DNA from: Spirogloea muscicola
Taxonomy: Eukaryota
Direction of reading: 5' to 3'
Assembly (NCBI GenBank): GCA_009602725.1
Contig: WELB01000026.1
Location: 73,134 to 137,133, forward strand
DNA length: 64,000 nucleotides
Of this stretch, positions 39,101 through 52,237 are shown piece after piece. The notes under the pieces are model-generated. The model was given only the letters and a program-made list of their open reading frames with translations, did no database searches and was not told where the DNA came from. Position 1 is the stretch's first letter. Each line of letters begins with the position of its first letter. Both the position numbers and the translations under genes were made by a program.

Positions 39101-39650
39101 CCTGAGTCAGGGAAAGACTCAGCACTCATTACCACCAACAGATACTCGGGCGAAGCCAGTTCTGCGAGAAGGAGCTTCCTGATCTGTACAGCCGACAGCT
39201 GGATAGAGGAAGCATTCACGAATGGTTGTGCGCGGGGAACGTCTTTGTGCAATACAAAACGACGAGCACCGCGTTGACCAGAGCAAGTTCGCGCATCCAA
39301 ATCAAGCAGGGCCGCAGTGGAGCATAGCCAATCATCCCCCAAAATCACATGAAAGCCCGATGTCTATTCAATGACAAGGCGAGACACAACGGTCTTATAT
39401 ATTCGAATGCGTATGGGGACTTGACAGTAGCCCATGACTTCGGCAGTTTGTCCATCAGCCAATGGAGCTTGAGAGACATCAATAGGCTCTACAAAACCTT
39501 TGTCGCTCACAAATGTTTACTGACGCAGGAGACAGTGGCCCCCGTATCTATAAGGATCTGAACCTCCTGACCGGCCACCAGTCCTGAAAACATCATAGTT
39601 GGCGCTGCGGCGGCGACTGCCGAGGCACTTACGGTAGTAAGAATAATCTT
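36170..39650 (-). mobile_element. Chromovirus pol (protease, RT, RNase H, integrase, chromodomain), PPT and shortened LTR A (36170-36648)
   Basis: QILIDTGAT; LRMCIAYRALN...FGLTNAP...IYLDDILVFS; ICDASL; MHEPPYSGH; EYLVKWLNFGPEHNTW. Confidence 0.85.
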
Positions 39651-39654
39651 TTGA

Positions 39655-42028
39655 GCTACATAAAACTACAGGCAAGCAAAAATTGCTGGCTGTGGTGCAC
39701 GCCTTACGTGTCTGGCGTTGCTACCTAGAAGGTGTGGAATTAACGGTCGTCACGGATCATTGCCCGTTGAAATATTTCCACACGCAGCAGCATTTGACTA
39801 GGCGTCAAGCTCGAAGGGCTGAGCGTATGGCACAATTGAATTTTCAGTGGGTTCATCGCCCTGGACGGCTTTATGTTGCGGATCCTAAGTCGCAACATTC
39901 GCGGCGCGGCGGTGCCTGCCTTGAATGCTTCTGGACTGCGGGCTGCAGGACTGCGTCCAGCTCGTCGAGCTTCTTGGCAACCCTCGGCAGACCTCTCTGA
40001 GCTCTACGTGCGTATCCGTGAAGGGTATGGCACAGACCCCTGGTTTGCAGAGGCCGCCAACGTAAGCACCCTCACTGATGACGACGGCTTCTGGTGGCAA
40101 GGCGACGCTCTTGTGGTCCCGGACTGCAATGCCTTGCGCACTGGCATAATGCAGGAGCTGCATGATACGCCTTGCAGTGGTCATCTGGGAGTGAGCAAAA
40201 CCAAACAGGCTGTACGACGCTTCTTCTGGTGAAAGGTTTTTTCACCCAAGTGCGCGCTTTTGTGGCAAGCTGTGCCACATAACAGCGCAGTGAGGCAAGC
40301 CTGCCGGATTACTTCAGCCCTTGCAGATTCCGGAGCGGAATTGGTCTGATGTAAGTGTGGATTTATTACACAACTGCCTAAGACGCGGACCGGCTATGAT
40401 GCCATTGTCGACTTGTGGATCGCTTGATTAAAATGGTGCAATCTGCTCCCACGACTACGCAGGCATCAGCGAAGAATTTCGCTGGCATCTTTGTGGATAA
40501 GGTGTGGAAGCTGCATGGAGTACCTGAGAGGTTGGTCTTGGACCGCGATCCTCGCTTTACAGGTCACTCCTGGAAGGAAGTATGCAAGCTTATTGGCACG
40601 AAAAAGGCCTTGTTAAGAGCCTTCATTACACAAACAGCTGGCCAAAGTGAGCGAATGAATTGGATTCTCGAGGGCATGCTGAGGCACTCCGTCAATCCTA
40701 GCCAGACTCACTGGGAGGAGTATTTGGCTCCAGCTGAATAGGCTGTGACCAATGCCTATATGCGTCCACAAATGAAACTCCATTCTTCATCAACTATGGT
40801 CAGCATCCCCGAGCTCCACTTCAGGTGGGGAGGCCGGAACGAGTTCCCGCCGCAGTGGCCTTCACTGGGACCCTCTTGGAGGCTCAGAGACGAGCTCGGC
40901 GTTTCTTGGAGATTGCCCAGAGTCGCCAGAAGGCTTATGCTGACAATCATTGGAAGGACGTGTCCTTAGATGTTGGTGCGCAAGTGCTGCTGAGCACGAA
41001 GCACTTATCCTTGCGGGGTGGGTATGCGCAAGTTGCTGCCCAAGTGGGTTGGTCCATTTGCAGTTTAACGCCTCGTGGGCAAGGTGTTCTACGAGCTGAA
41101 GACACCGGTGCATTGGAAAGGTCCATAGAGTATTCCATGTGTCTCAGCTGAGGGCCTTCCTTTCGGATAGTCTTGTCCAACCGCCCCCACCTCCACTAGT
41201 GATCGAGGATGATCTTGAGTTTGAGGTGGACGAGATCTTGTCTCACAGGGACAAGCTCCGAGGGCGTAAGACCCGTGAGTATCTGGTGAAGTGGCTCGGG
41301 TATGGGCCCGAGCACAACACGTGGGAGCCTGCCGCCAATTTGGCATATTGTCCAGATGCTCTCAGGGAATACGTGGCCAAGGATGGTGATTCTCGTAGGC
41401 TTGGTAGAGGCAGCAGCCGGACATCTTAACACCTGTTGGTTTTTCTCTCGTTGTTCCCAAGAACGTGAACACCAGAGTGGGGAGGTATGTAATGGACCAG
41501 CCGTTTGGTTAAGCCACACGGCTCTGTTGGCGTTCCATGACCGACCATTGGGGACAAGTGGCCCGCCAGGTGGCGGGCTGGCTGCCGGGCAAGTGGCCCG
41601 CCCAGGTGCCTCGCCCGTCCAGAAACACCTTTTGCTAGGATCCACCCGTTCAAGGGAGGATCTTTGGCCCGCCGCAAGGCAGGCCATGGGGCGACCCGCT
41701 CACACCCCTAGAGGGGGGGGTGGCCCGAGGAAGCATGAGGAGCCTTGGGGCTGAGGCTCGACAGAAGTTCGAAACAGGGAAGCCCAGCAGCAGCCCTGCC
41801 GCTGCTCGCCGCCGCAGCCGCCGCCGCACTCTGCTGCGGGGCCTGCTGCGCCAGCCTGCGCGCAGGAGGTGAAGTCGCCGCCGGATGGCGGCGCCACAGG
41901 ACCCGTCCTCCGCTGCGCCGATGTGCTAGTGCTTTGCCTGTGTAGTGGGTATGATCTTTGAACCCCCTACTGCAAACCCAAGAAGGACTGCTAACCCTAA
42001 ATGCGTGTGTAGGGCGAAGTTCTCTACA
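39655..42028 (+). mobile_element. Chromovirus 3' half (RNase H, integrase, chromodomain), PPT and LTR B (41488-42028)
   Basis: VVTDHCPL; LHDTPCSGHLG; EFEVDEILSHRDK...EYLVKWLGYGPEHNTWEP; AGAGTGGGGAGGTA|TGTAAT...CTCTACA. Confidence 0.85.
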
Positions 42029-42399
42029 TTAAGGGTCCGACTAATGAGTCTGGCCTCGGCCTATTACTAAATAAGTGTCCATCTGCTACCCCTCCCCCGA
42101 GGGTGTGACGGCTACCCCAAGGTCCTCCCCCGGCGGGGCGGGCCTGACGAGGGAGTACGGCGGATCTGCCGGACGCTGCCGCGCGGGAGCGAAGCAGCGC
42201 CTGGCGGATGGGGATAACTCCCGGACGATGCCGCTCACGAGCGGAGCAGCTCCTCTCGGACAGTACGACTGGCGGACGATGCCGCGCAGTACGAAACCCG
42301 GGGCTTCGGACAGACTTAGGTGTACGGGGTGTAGCAAACATTTGGGCCTCCCAAACGGTAGATACGATACGATCATGTGAGCTTACCGGCACCATTGGC

Positions 42400-43800
42400 T
42401 CGCCCAAAGGGAGGGAACGTTTCGCAAGCCACTTGTCGCCAAGCGACAAAAGCCACACTGGCGTATTGAACACATCTCCCAGCGCCAAGCAAGGGCTCAG
42501 TGGCACATAAGCCACTTGTCGCCATGTTCGTTCTCGCCAGTATGCTGCTTGTCGCCATGCGACAAGCAGCATACTGGCGAGAACGAACACATGTTTTTAT
42601 TGCCAAGCAAGGGCGCAGTGGAAGACAATGCCACTTGTCACCCACATCAACGCCGGGTGCACATCGATTGCACTGCTTTGTACATAGTGGTCAACGAACA
42701 GGTAATAAGTCCCAGGTATTATTACCCTGGGTTTGGCGGAAAAAGTTGTCTTCCACCATGCGGTCGGGTCACCAGTGAGATAGGTGGCTGCGATCCCCAC
42801 GCGAGATGCGAAGGATGCCTCACAAGCACGAAGCACGCCATCATCTCTCGGAGCCAGGCGACGAGGCTGCCCTGACACTGGATTTGGCAAGTTGGCACGG
42901 CTGGGCACGCACCAGCCGTCCGCCGTGGCTTACACAAGCCCTGAGGCGATAAATCCGCTGCTCACCGGCACACACACGGGCGAGCACTTTTCGCACCTCC
43001 GCGCATAGCGCCCTCGACACGGGGTCACTAGCGGATCCCCACTTGGGAAGGCAGCCTTGACTTGCTCTTTCAAGCGCAAGGCGCCGGCGCCTCCTCATTT
43101 GTCGGGCCGTCCGCGCCGGGCGCTTGATGTAGTGACCCGACCCCTGTACACAGGCAATTAGGCGGTCTGTTCCTGATTGGGTACGGACGTGGTCCTGATT
43201 GGCTCGGACGCGGAGACCGCTTGCTTGTGCAGCAGCTTCTTCATCTGCGTGGCCACAGCAGAGTCGAAGTTCCAGCCGCCCATGGCGGTCTGAGGTCTGC
43301 TCATTGCAAAGGACAAAGCGCCGAGAGCCAAGGTGTACAGTCATGACGTTCAAAGTCAAGGCATGCAGATGTGGCACCAAGCCAATCATCCTCATTGCAA
43401 AGGACAAGACGCCGTGCACCACGTTGCACAGTGCAAGTATGACGCTCAATGTCAAGGCATGCTGATGTGGCACCAAGCCAATCATCCCCCCAAGACCACA
43501 TCAAAAGTACCCGGCCAGCTCAATGGCATAACAAAACACTACGGCCTTGTATTTCGGGATGCGAATGGGGACTTTGCATAAACCCAGCACATCGGTGGGT
43601 GGCCATTCGCCAAGTCACGCGCTCAAGAGCGGTGGACTCCACATCCAAGCTATGGACACCAATCTAATTTCTTGCCGACAAAAGACGCAGTGGCCCTGAA
43701 GTCCAGGAGGATCCTAGCCGGTGCATCAGCAACCAGCCCCTCGAATATAGTCGTCGTTATCCCGTGTACAGCACCGAGAACTGGGTGGCAGGCGACATAG
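42400..43800 (-). pseudogene. Gypsy gag and protease remnants with local tandem duplications
   Basis: VGIAATYLTGDPTAWW; ILLDFRATASFV (degenerate DTGA); duplicated DDWLGATSACLD. Confidence 0.6.
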
Positions 43801-44019
43801 ACCAGCAGTCTTGCTGGGTGCGGCCTCTCCTGAATATTATCACCGCCAGGCCGTAGGAGCTGGTGTCCCGTATTAAACGAGCAGAGCAGCGTCATCCCAC
43901 AACCGAGGTCGATGGGTCACGTTGCGCCTGCAGGGCACAATGGAGAAAACCACGTCTTCAGGCCGACGACGAGGAGGCCAACTCAGGTACAACTTCGCTG
44001 CTACGAGCAAGTCAGCGTC

Positions 44020-45880
44020 CGGAAGGCGTGCCATATGAGCTCGTCTGCAGCACGCCTCTTTCACCGGCATTGGTGCACGTGCTTTTGCAAGTGGCTCAAA
44101 CGATAGCGGTTGAGAGTCGCCTGCTAATTTCTGCAGAGCGACATTACAGGCGAGAAGGAATTGCTGGCTGTGGTGCACGCCTCACGTGTCTGGCGTTGCT
44201 ACCTGGGAAAGGTGTGGAGATTACAGTTGTGCGACGCCTACTTTGGTGGCAGGGCTTTTCAGCCCAGGTGCATGCTTCGTGACAAGCTGTGCCACATGCC
44301 AACGTAGTAAGGCACTTTCTGACAAGCCTGCCGGTTTTTAAGCCCATGCAGATTCCAAAGCCGAATTGGACTGGTATAAGTGTGGGGTTTTTCCATACAA
44401 CTGCTTAAGACGCGGAGCAGCTTCATGCCATTGCTTTCTTCGTAGAATGTTTGAGTACAATGGTGCATTCTGCTCCTACGACCACGCGGGCATCAGCGAC
44501 GGATATCGCTGGCATCTTCGTGGAGATGGTGTGGAAGCTGCATGGTGTACCTGAGCGGTGTGGTCTCAACCGCGAAAACCGCTTCTCGGATCACTTGTGG
44601 AAGAAAGTCTGCAAGCTTTTTGGCACGAAGCAGGCCAAGTCCACAACCTTCCATCCACAAACTGATGGGCAGACTAAGCATAGAAGCGGGTTCTCGAGGA
44701 CATGCTGAGGCACATTGTCAATCCCAGCCAAAGTGACTGGAATGAGTAAGTCATGCCCTGGCACAGATCGTCGTTGTAGCGTCGGCTAGAGGTAGCTCGG
44801 CTACAAGGCAGTCGGGCGGGCAGGAGAGCCTTGGGCGCCGGCCGCTTAGTGCCTGTACCTACTGCCTTGAACCGCCCTTGCGGGGGTGGGCCTTGATGAG
44901 ATCGGACGGCGGAGAGAGGCCATCTCTCCAAAAGCCCCCCCCCCCGTTGGAGAGCAACCTAGCGCCACCGCTGCCGCAGCCGTCTGGCGAAGGTTCGGAG
45001 GGTTCGGCGCGCGTCGCGAGTAGGCCAGCGCTCCAGGTCAGGGTGTCCAGGGGCCCGGAGCGGTGAGAGATCCCCGGCGGGGATGACCACGCAGGAGGCG
45101 CAGGGGTGCGCAGGACGCTGGGACGAGGAGACCCCAGGTCCGGAGATCCTCCAGAAGAGACCAATTACTCACGGAGAGGAGTAGTGCTGCTCTTGCCATA
45201 TTCTTTCCATGTCTGCTGACCTGGTATTGAGGACATGCAGGACAGGCTGCTGCCAGTCAAGCAGGGTCCTGGCCTGTAGGTGGAGTTCCAGGTGTGGCAC
45301 CTCGACGCGTAGGTGGTGCTATGCGGGCAGGCACGACATGTATTTGGCTCCAGCGAAATATGCTGTGAACAATGCCCTACCATGAGTCCACCAAGGAGAC
45401 GCCGTTCTTCCTCATTTCTGGTCAGCATCCCCGAGCTCCAGTTCAGGTGGAGAGGCCAGAACGCCTTCCCGCCGCGGGAGCCCGTACTGGAACCCTCTTG
45501 GAGGCTCCAAGACGGGCTCGGCATTTCTTGGGGATTGCCCAGCGCCTCCAGAAGGCTTTTGATGACAGACATCGGAAGGAAGTGTCATTCGACATTGGTG
45601 CGCTGCTGCTGATTACGAAGCACTTATGCGGCCTGTTGGTACGCGCAAGTTGTACCCAAGTGGCTGGACCATCTGCAGTAGTACGCCTTGCGGACAAGGT
45701 GTCATACGAGCTGCAGATACCCGTGAAGTGGAAGGTCCATGATGTCTTCCATGTGTCTCAACTGAGGGCCTTCCATTCGGTTTGCCGTGTCCAACCGCCC
45801 CACCTCCATTGTGATTGAGGATGACCTCGAATTTAAGGTGGAAGAGATCTTGTCTCACAGGGACAGTCTCCGTGGGCGCC
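44020..45880 (+). pseudogene. Decayed RNase H/integrase/chromodomain fragment
   Basis: TFHPQTDGQT; VHDVFHVSQL; EFKVEEILSHRD; split by solo LTR C. Confidence 0.75.
44750..45338 (+). mobile_element. Solo LTR, family C
   Basis: GTCATGCCC...GGCACGACA; both ends homologous to 20070-20496; interrupts integrase at DWNE|YLAPA. Confidence 0.7.
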
Positions 45881-45900
45881 ATGAGGCCGTGAGGCCAAGA

Positions 45901-46066
45901 GAGCTGGCCAACCCGGCCAGCCCGCAGGGCGCTGGCCTGAGGGAAAGCTGCCCCACCCGGCCAGCTCGCAGGGCGCTGGCCCGAGGGAGAGCTGGCCCAC
46001 CCGGCCAGCCTGCAGGGTGCTGGCCTGCGGGGGAATTGGCCCACCAGGCCAGCCCGCGGGGCGTGG
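45901..46066. repeat. 44-bp minisatellite, about 3.8 copies
   Basis: Unit GAGCTGGCCAACCCGGCCAGCCCGCAGGGCGCTGGCCTGAGGGA. Confidence 0.85.
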
Positions 46067-46229
46067 ACCCCAGGCGTGCGCACGTGGTACGGAGCTCGGG
46101 ATCTCAAAGCGTACAATAGCTGCACGTGGTGAAGCAATGATACCTGCACCGTTTGGGACTCCAAAACGGTAGTTACGAAACGATCATGTACGATTACCCG
46201 CCCCGTTGGCACGCCCGGACGGGGGGGAC

Positions 46230-46679
46230 CATTACACCGCCCGTCCTGGGACTCGTCGCCAGGTTCCACCCTGGCACCCGGGACATTTGGCCCGCCGAAA
46301 GGGCAGGCCATGGGGCGACCCGCTCACACCCCAGGGAGTGGGCACGGGGGACGCAATGCTGGCCTTGGACCGAGACCCGACAGCAGTTCGGACCGGTAAC
46401 TCTCAAGAGCAGCCTTGCTGCTGCCTGCGGCCGCAGCCGCCGCTGAGTCTGCTGCCGGGCTTGCTGCGGGACTCCGTGGCTGCGCCCTTTGGGGGACAGC
46501 TGATGGCTTGCGCCGATGAGGTGGAGTCGCCGCCTGACGGCGGCGCCACGGGGCTTGTCTTCCGCTGCGCTCACGCGCCAGTGCTTCACTGTGTAGAGGG
46601 TTGGCACCTAAAACCCTCCCGGCCGAAGCCAACAAGGACGACTTACACTAATTGCTTGTATAAGGGTGAATTTGTTACA
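46230..46679 (+). mobile_element. Family-B-like LTR (5' boundary uncertain)
   Basis: Shares GGCCATGGGGCGACCCGCTCACACCCC and GGTGGAGTCGCCGCC blocks; ends TTACA. Confidence 0.6.
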
Positions 46680-46734
46680 CAATGCCTGCCGTGGGCGGTC
46701 CCAGGGTAACCGCTCTATTACGTAAGGCAATGGC

Positions 46735-47400
46735 TGAAAGAAGGCGCGCGGTGCGCATGAAATTGGAAAGAGAGGCCAATGCTAGCCTGTCAAATGTCCC
46801 GTTAACAGGGTAATGAGTTGGTAAAGGGGGGCACTAATATCCTCGTGTGAGAACGTACATATCTGACAAGCTAAGCTGAGGAGCCAGACCACCGCCACGG
46901 AAGTCATCAGCCTGGCCTAATGCATGCCCAGCACGCTGGTGTATCGCGAGTGCCTGGGAGCGCTGTAGACTCAATGATAGCCGCATTCTGTACCAGGTAA
47001 CGATGGCTTCCGGGACGCTAGAATGCCCTAAGCTACCCGCCCGACTACGTCGGCGGGCATTGACATGCTGTGCCAGACGTTGGAGGAGGGAAGACCACTT
47101 CGTCCCGTAGCTGCCGTATATGTTCATGGCGCATGGGAAGAAGTGGTCGCCCCGGGGGTGGTCCTTAATGTCGCTCCTTCTTCGCATGATGTGTCGCCCG
47201 ACCTGGCACAGTCGGCGTGGGTGCCCCCTGGTTGGAATGCGTCGATGAGAACGACGTCGAGGAGAAGACGAGGCCGACCGCTCCGGGGGGTAGCAACCAC
47301 ATCCAGACGCCTGATGTGAGGTCTGCCACGCTGGATGAAGACCAGTCCAGAGAATATACAAGGTCTAGAAGATGGGCCCAAATGCTCATCTTTGTATAGG
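46735..47400 (-). mobile_element. 3' fragment of a CRE-like non-LTR retrotransposon (RLE domain and 3' UTR)
   Basis: RRLDVVATP...LLLDVVLID; DHFFPCAMNIYG; WYRMRLSLSLQRSQALAI...LSDMYVLTRGY*. Confidence 0.7.
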
Positions 47401-47626
47401 CGGACCTGGCGAGAACGATACACCTCGTAGCTTGGCGGCCTCGTAGCTTAGCTTGTCCCTGAACTTGCTGACAGCACATACGTGCGTGTAGCGTTACCAG
47501 CACCATCTGAAGGTAACCAACGATAGGCACGTCACCAACAAGTACTTGGTGACGGCTGTTGGGAAGGATGGACACCTGGAATCTGGGTCGGTAGTCAAAC
47601 GCAGAGGCTTAGCTCGTGACAGCCCT

Positions 47627-48391
47627 TGTAACGTCCCCCCTGTTTAGGAGAATGAAACGGTATCGGTAAGCGGCTTTACGCGCGGCACGCATTAGTCACG
47701 CGTGGCACGCGCCAGTTCCCAGGACTCGTGTACCATTCGTCAGGCTCGCGCCACACGAGCCCGCACCTTGCGCGTCACGCGCTAGTCGTATCCCCATTGT
47801 GCGGGTCCGCTCCTTCGCTCTCCTTCGTTCGGGGCCGGACCTTGGGCTTCCCTCGACACAACCTCGGAGGAGGGGTGGCAGGTGGAACGTTATGAGTAGT
47901 AGACCGAGGCTAGACTCTGGCTCTGGCCGGGGGACCCGCTTCCAGGAACCCAGTCTCTCTGACCCGAGGCTGCTTAGCAGGGGTTACTGAGTGCTTCGTA
48001 GCTGTTTCGTTGCTTTCTTGTGCTTGACCAGTGACGCCCAGAGAGGCACACCCCTGCTTGCCTGCTGCCGCAGCCGCCGCCCCAGCCCTTCTGCTGCCGT
48101 CTGCTGCCCAGCCCGTCGCCGCAGCCCGTTGCTGCAGACATCGCCGGCTCTCCGTAAGTGCCACGGTTGCGTCCCATCTGGGGGCAGCTACTAATCCCAG
48201 ACCCTCTGTAGAGTCGCCGCCTTCTGGCGGTGCTTCAGGGTAAACCTTCTGCTGTGCTATGTGATGCACGTGTGTGCTCCGTGTGCGCTGGCGTTCCACT
48301 ATGTAGGGGGGTAGTTCCTAATCCCCCTAGGTCTGAACTCAATAAGGACGTACTAACCCCTCACTGCGTGTGTAGGGATCAGAACGTCACA
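47627..48391 (+). mobile_element. Family A LTR, plus orientation, containing a LINE 3' fragment
   Basis: TGTAACGTCCCC...AGAACGTCACA; no clear TSD. Confidence 0.7.
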
Positions 48392-50397
48392 ACCCGCTTG
48401 AGTACTTTGAAATGTTCAGCCAACTCACTTGGCTCCTCATTCCTCGACTTCACCGAGCATCGCTGTGTAACCAACACCCTCGGCTGTCCAGCGGGCTTGC
48501 AGCAGGCTCGAGCAAGTACCACAAAGGATGGCCACTTAGTGAGCACAAGTAAGCAACCGCAAGTCAGAAACATCAAGCCGCCACTAGATGCGCCTTGCCG
48601 TGTCCTGCAAGTCAGAAAGATTAGCCGCCACTAGATGCGCCTTGCCATGTCCCTGCAGCAATCCTTGGCTTTTGCTGTGCACTTGCGGATAGGCCGCGCC
48701 TTGGCTGCTGCCTCCGGCTTCTGACTTGTCTTTGTCTACGAATTATCGTGCAGTTTTCTCTCTGCTTTGCCAAGGATTGCAATTGTACGGCTTTGTCCCA
48801 TTGGACAAAGCAGGGACAGGGGGGAAGCTTCGGCTCCGCGATGGAGTTACTGACAGAGTTCATATTGATTCTGCTTAAGAAATGAAAATATGAGCCAAAA
48901 CCGATTTAGCCATCACTGATGGCGAAATCATATGTGATATCCCTCCGAAGGCGTTGCATGAAAGAACATGAACGGCACACACATCGATGCACCAGATGAG
49001 TTTATCCACCAGAAACGGTTGTGCTCATAGGTTGCCTCGTCATGTGCTTCGCAGCCATCTACATTGCTGAGATCCTTGTAGTCGAAGTGGTATTCCGGAG
49101 GAGAATTTAATGAGCTGGAAGTAGAGGATGGACAGCGATTGCGACGCTTTTAGACTGGCTCAACTTAGCAGCATTCCGAATGAGAGACAACAGGTCAAGA
49201 CCAATATAACAAGTGTTAACGGCGCTTTGATATCTGGGACCGACTTTGAATGTCTCTGTTGGCCTCCCACCGAGAATGCCATATCCGTTAGCTGCGAGCC
49301 AGCGACCTTGTTTGTTTGTTCATCACGTAGTGTACACGTTAGAGATATGTACAACGAATTATCAATTATTATACACAATTAGAAGTTGATGAGATTGGTC
49401 GAGTTTTTTCTGTAGGAGATGGGATTGCACGTGTATATGGATTAAATTTGTTAAAAAGGCAGGATAATTAGTAAAATTCTCTAGTGGTGTAAAAGGAATG
49501 GCTTTAAATTTAGAGACTGAAAATGTAGGAATTGTGGTTTTTGGTAGGATACAACTATAGTCAAACTTAATGGTTTCAGAGTAAGAATGACGTCCTAGAA
49601 ACAACTGACATCCACACGCTCGACAGGTCTAGCAAGACAACCTGTACCCATATGTAAGAAGAGACGAGAAGTGAGCTCTTCCAGAAGGGGGCCGCGGGTG
49701 TGAATGGCCAGCTCAGATAGAATGGTCTATAGACCCATATAAATCTACAGATTATGTCGTTGTGTCAATGTCAGCAACTACTTATCTGCACATCTGTTGT
49801 ACCATCTGTTACTGCCTCTGACTTGCAATTCCCTTGATGTTGTAAACTAGAAGATGATCTGCATTTGCAACATTGTTACTTGACATAATGCACGATCCCA
49901 GAAGGCAGCTACTATACGAGGAATACAACAGGGGCTTATTGATAAAAGCCTGTATCACAAGATCACAAAGGGTTGGGCAAGCAAACGGTCACTACAAGTG
50001 TTCATGACAGTACAAAATCACGTATGTGAGAATTGATAGTCTTGAAATCATCCCACATCAACCAGTATGTAAGCTGCACGAGCGTAAAGAGACGGTACTT
50101 CAATATTGAGCAACTGGTAACTGCTTCGCCCAATCGTGATTTGTGATGCTTTATCATCAGGGTCAGCCAGTCATGCACTGAAGAGCACTATAACGAGCTT
50201 ACTTTCACAAAAGCTTGTGTGAGTGAGTGGTGGCCACATAACACTACCTTGCATTCGACACGTGCATAAGGGAGAACGATGGAGAGCAAAGCTCAAAGCC
50301 ACAGCAAAATATTCAAGCTACTGGGCATATAAAGACATTGCCTTGACAAATACTACACTGAGATGAGATGGGAATTTTATGTAGGAGGCTATCAAAC

Positions 50398-52237
50398 CTG
50401 CGGAAAGTGGAATATTTGTTGACGTGGTACCAATTTCGTTGGAGTTGCCGTCATGTCAGCAGTAGCATATTTATCCTTGTCTCCCCAGAGAAGAAGTACA
50501 GGAATGGATATTTGTACAGTGGGCTCTTGAAACCAGAGTCCTTTGAAGAATGCTCTATGATAGTTGATCGAACAACCCAAAGCTCCTGGTACACTGAAGG
50601 CTTCCACATGCCTGGAAGATGTCAACTTTATTGTCAAGTCGTCTCAAAGTTACATAACAATGATAGCTCAATGGTAGAATGTGACTTGAAGCAACCTACT
50701 TGTTGACGTCCTCCTCAGAAAGCCTTTGAAGAGGTTCTCGCTCATATCGATGTCGCAGCTTCTTGTATCTGTGCCATAAGAAAGACCGTTTGATGGGTAC
50801 ATGCACCAAGCAGCACAAAGTCCTGGCTACTGATCAATACACCAACCTCACAAGTGAAGGTCGAGAGCAATGGCAAGGGAGATTCACCTCCGAAAAGTCG
50901 CACGAGCGTAATTAATTTATAAACTTTGCGACCCAGAATGCACAAAGACAACATACGAGAAACCTTTTGCTGACCCCTGACATCGTTGGACAAGGTTGAG
51001 ACTCTGCGAGGTCACATCCAGTAGCTTGAAGAAGAGCTTACCTGTTGAGTGTCATGAATCTCTCAGGAATGCTTGGAATCTGGAAGACGTCTGAAAATGC
51101 AAAGGTCATTAAAACTCCGAAGGTTGTTAATGAGCGGCACGGCAAGCCATCAATCAGTCAAGCTAAGCTCACCGAATCCTACCTGCTGACCATGTCCAGG
51201 TTGAAGGGCAATATCATCTGTCTTATGGTGCTCTACTCCATCTAACTAAAAGTAGCGCAGCAGCACTAAGTGCACGAGGATGCTCAGAAATTGTATACAA
51301 GTCTTCAACGAGCCGAGCAGGAGGCAAGCAAGCTACAGAAGAGCCGGAACATACACCAGTACCAATATCGTAAGGCTTTCATAGGGGTTCGCCAAAGCGA
51401 AAGGGCGTCTTTGAGCACTTTTGGGTGTGGTCCATTGAGCACAATCAACTTCTGTAGCTTGTCAGGATAATCCATTGCAAAAGCCCAAGCAACCAATGCT
51501 CCCCATCCATGGCCCACCTGGGATCACGCATGTGCAGGGCATAAAAGTACGGCCACAGCTGATTGCTGCACAGCGGGTATGCAAGTCAGGCAGACATTTC
51601 AGGGGGGGCAGGTGGGTCTGGCACAATTGACAACGCACCACAGCCAACGCGGTTGTCCTCGACGATGTTACTGCAATGACTGCCGCGAGGTCGTACGTCA
51701 GCTGCTTCTGGCTGTAATTCCAGATGCCCGGAACCTGGGAAGACAGGTTGTAGCCCCGCAAGTCCAGACCGACGACATGGAGTCCAGCCAGCGCCAAGGG
51801 TGCAAGCTGGCGGCGCCAGCTGTACCAGAATTCGGGGAAGCCGTGGAGGAAGACGACCTGCATGACCGTCAAGCACGTGAATCTTGTGGCTGCCGTGCGC
51901 GACAAGGAGTCGTTGTCTGGCATGGCGGTGCGCCTCCAAGCTAGAGTGGTATCAGCAGCATAGGCAGGCTGTTGAGCACTTCTATGTCAGTTGCAAGTGG
52001 TGGCCAACAAGGCCTTGCCTGCATCTGTCGTTTAGAGCTTGCAGCGGAAGGCAGAGTTGCACAGGGCAGTGAGCATTGGGCTGGAACTCGGCGGCTCACC
52101 GGTCGGCGAGCGAGGTCGCCACCCTCGACATAGTGCAAGGAGACTGGTCCACGGTGAAGCCAGCGGTGGATGAGCTCGGCGCCGTCGACGCGCTCGCAGG
52201 CAGGAGGAGAGGGGCCAGGCGGGGAGCCGAGCGCCAT
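50398..52237 (-). CDS. Alpha/beta-fold hydrolase, epoxide hydrolase family (at least 6 exons; terminal exon not identified)
   Basis: Exons splice in frame: SLHYVEGG..RP|VVFLHGFPEFWYSWRRQ...DLRGYNLS...ALAV|VGHGWGALVAW...RYWYW|YVFQIP|...LSEEDVN|KHVEAF...SINYHRA...PVLLLWGDKD. Confidence 0.85.

Noticed and set aside
11750..46700. Numerous Arg/Ala/Pro-rich ORFs over LTRs and antisense to pol
   Set aside because: Expected from high GC content; no recognisable domains.
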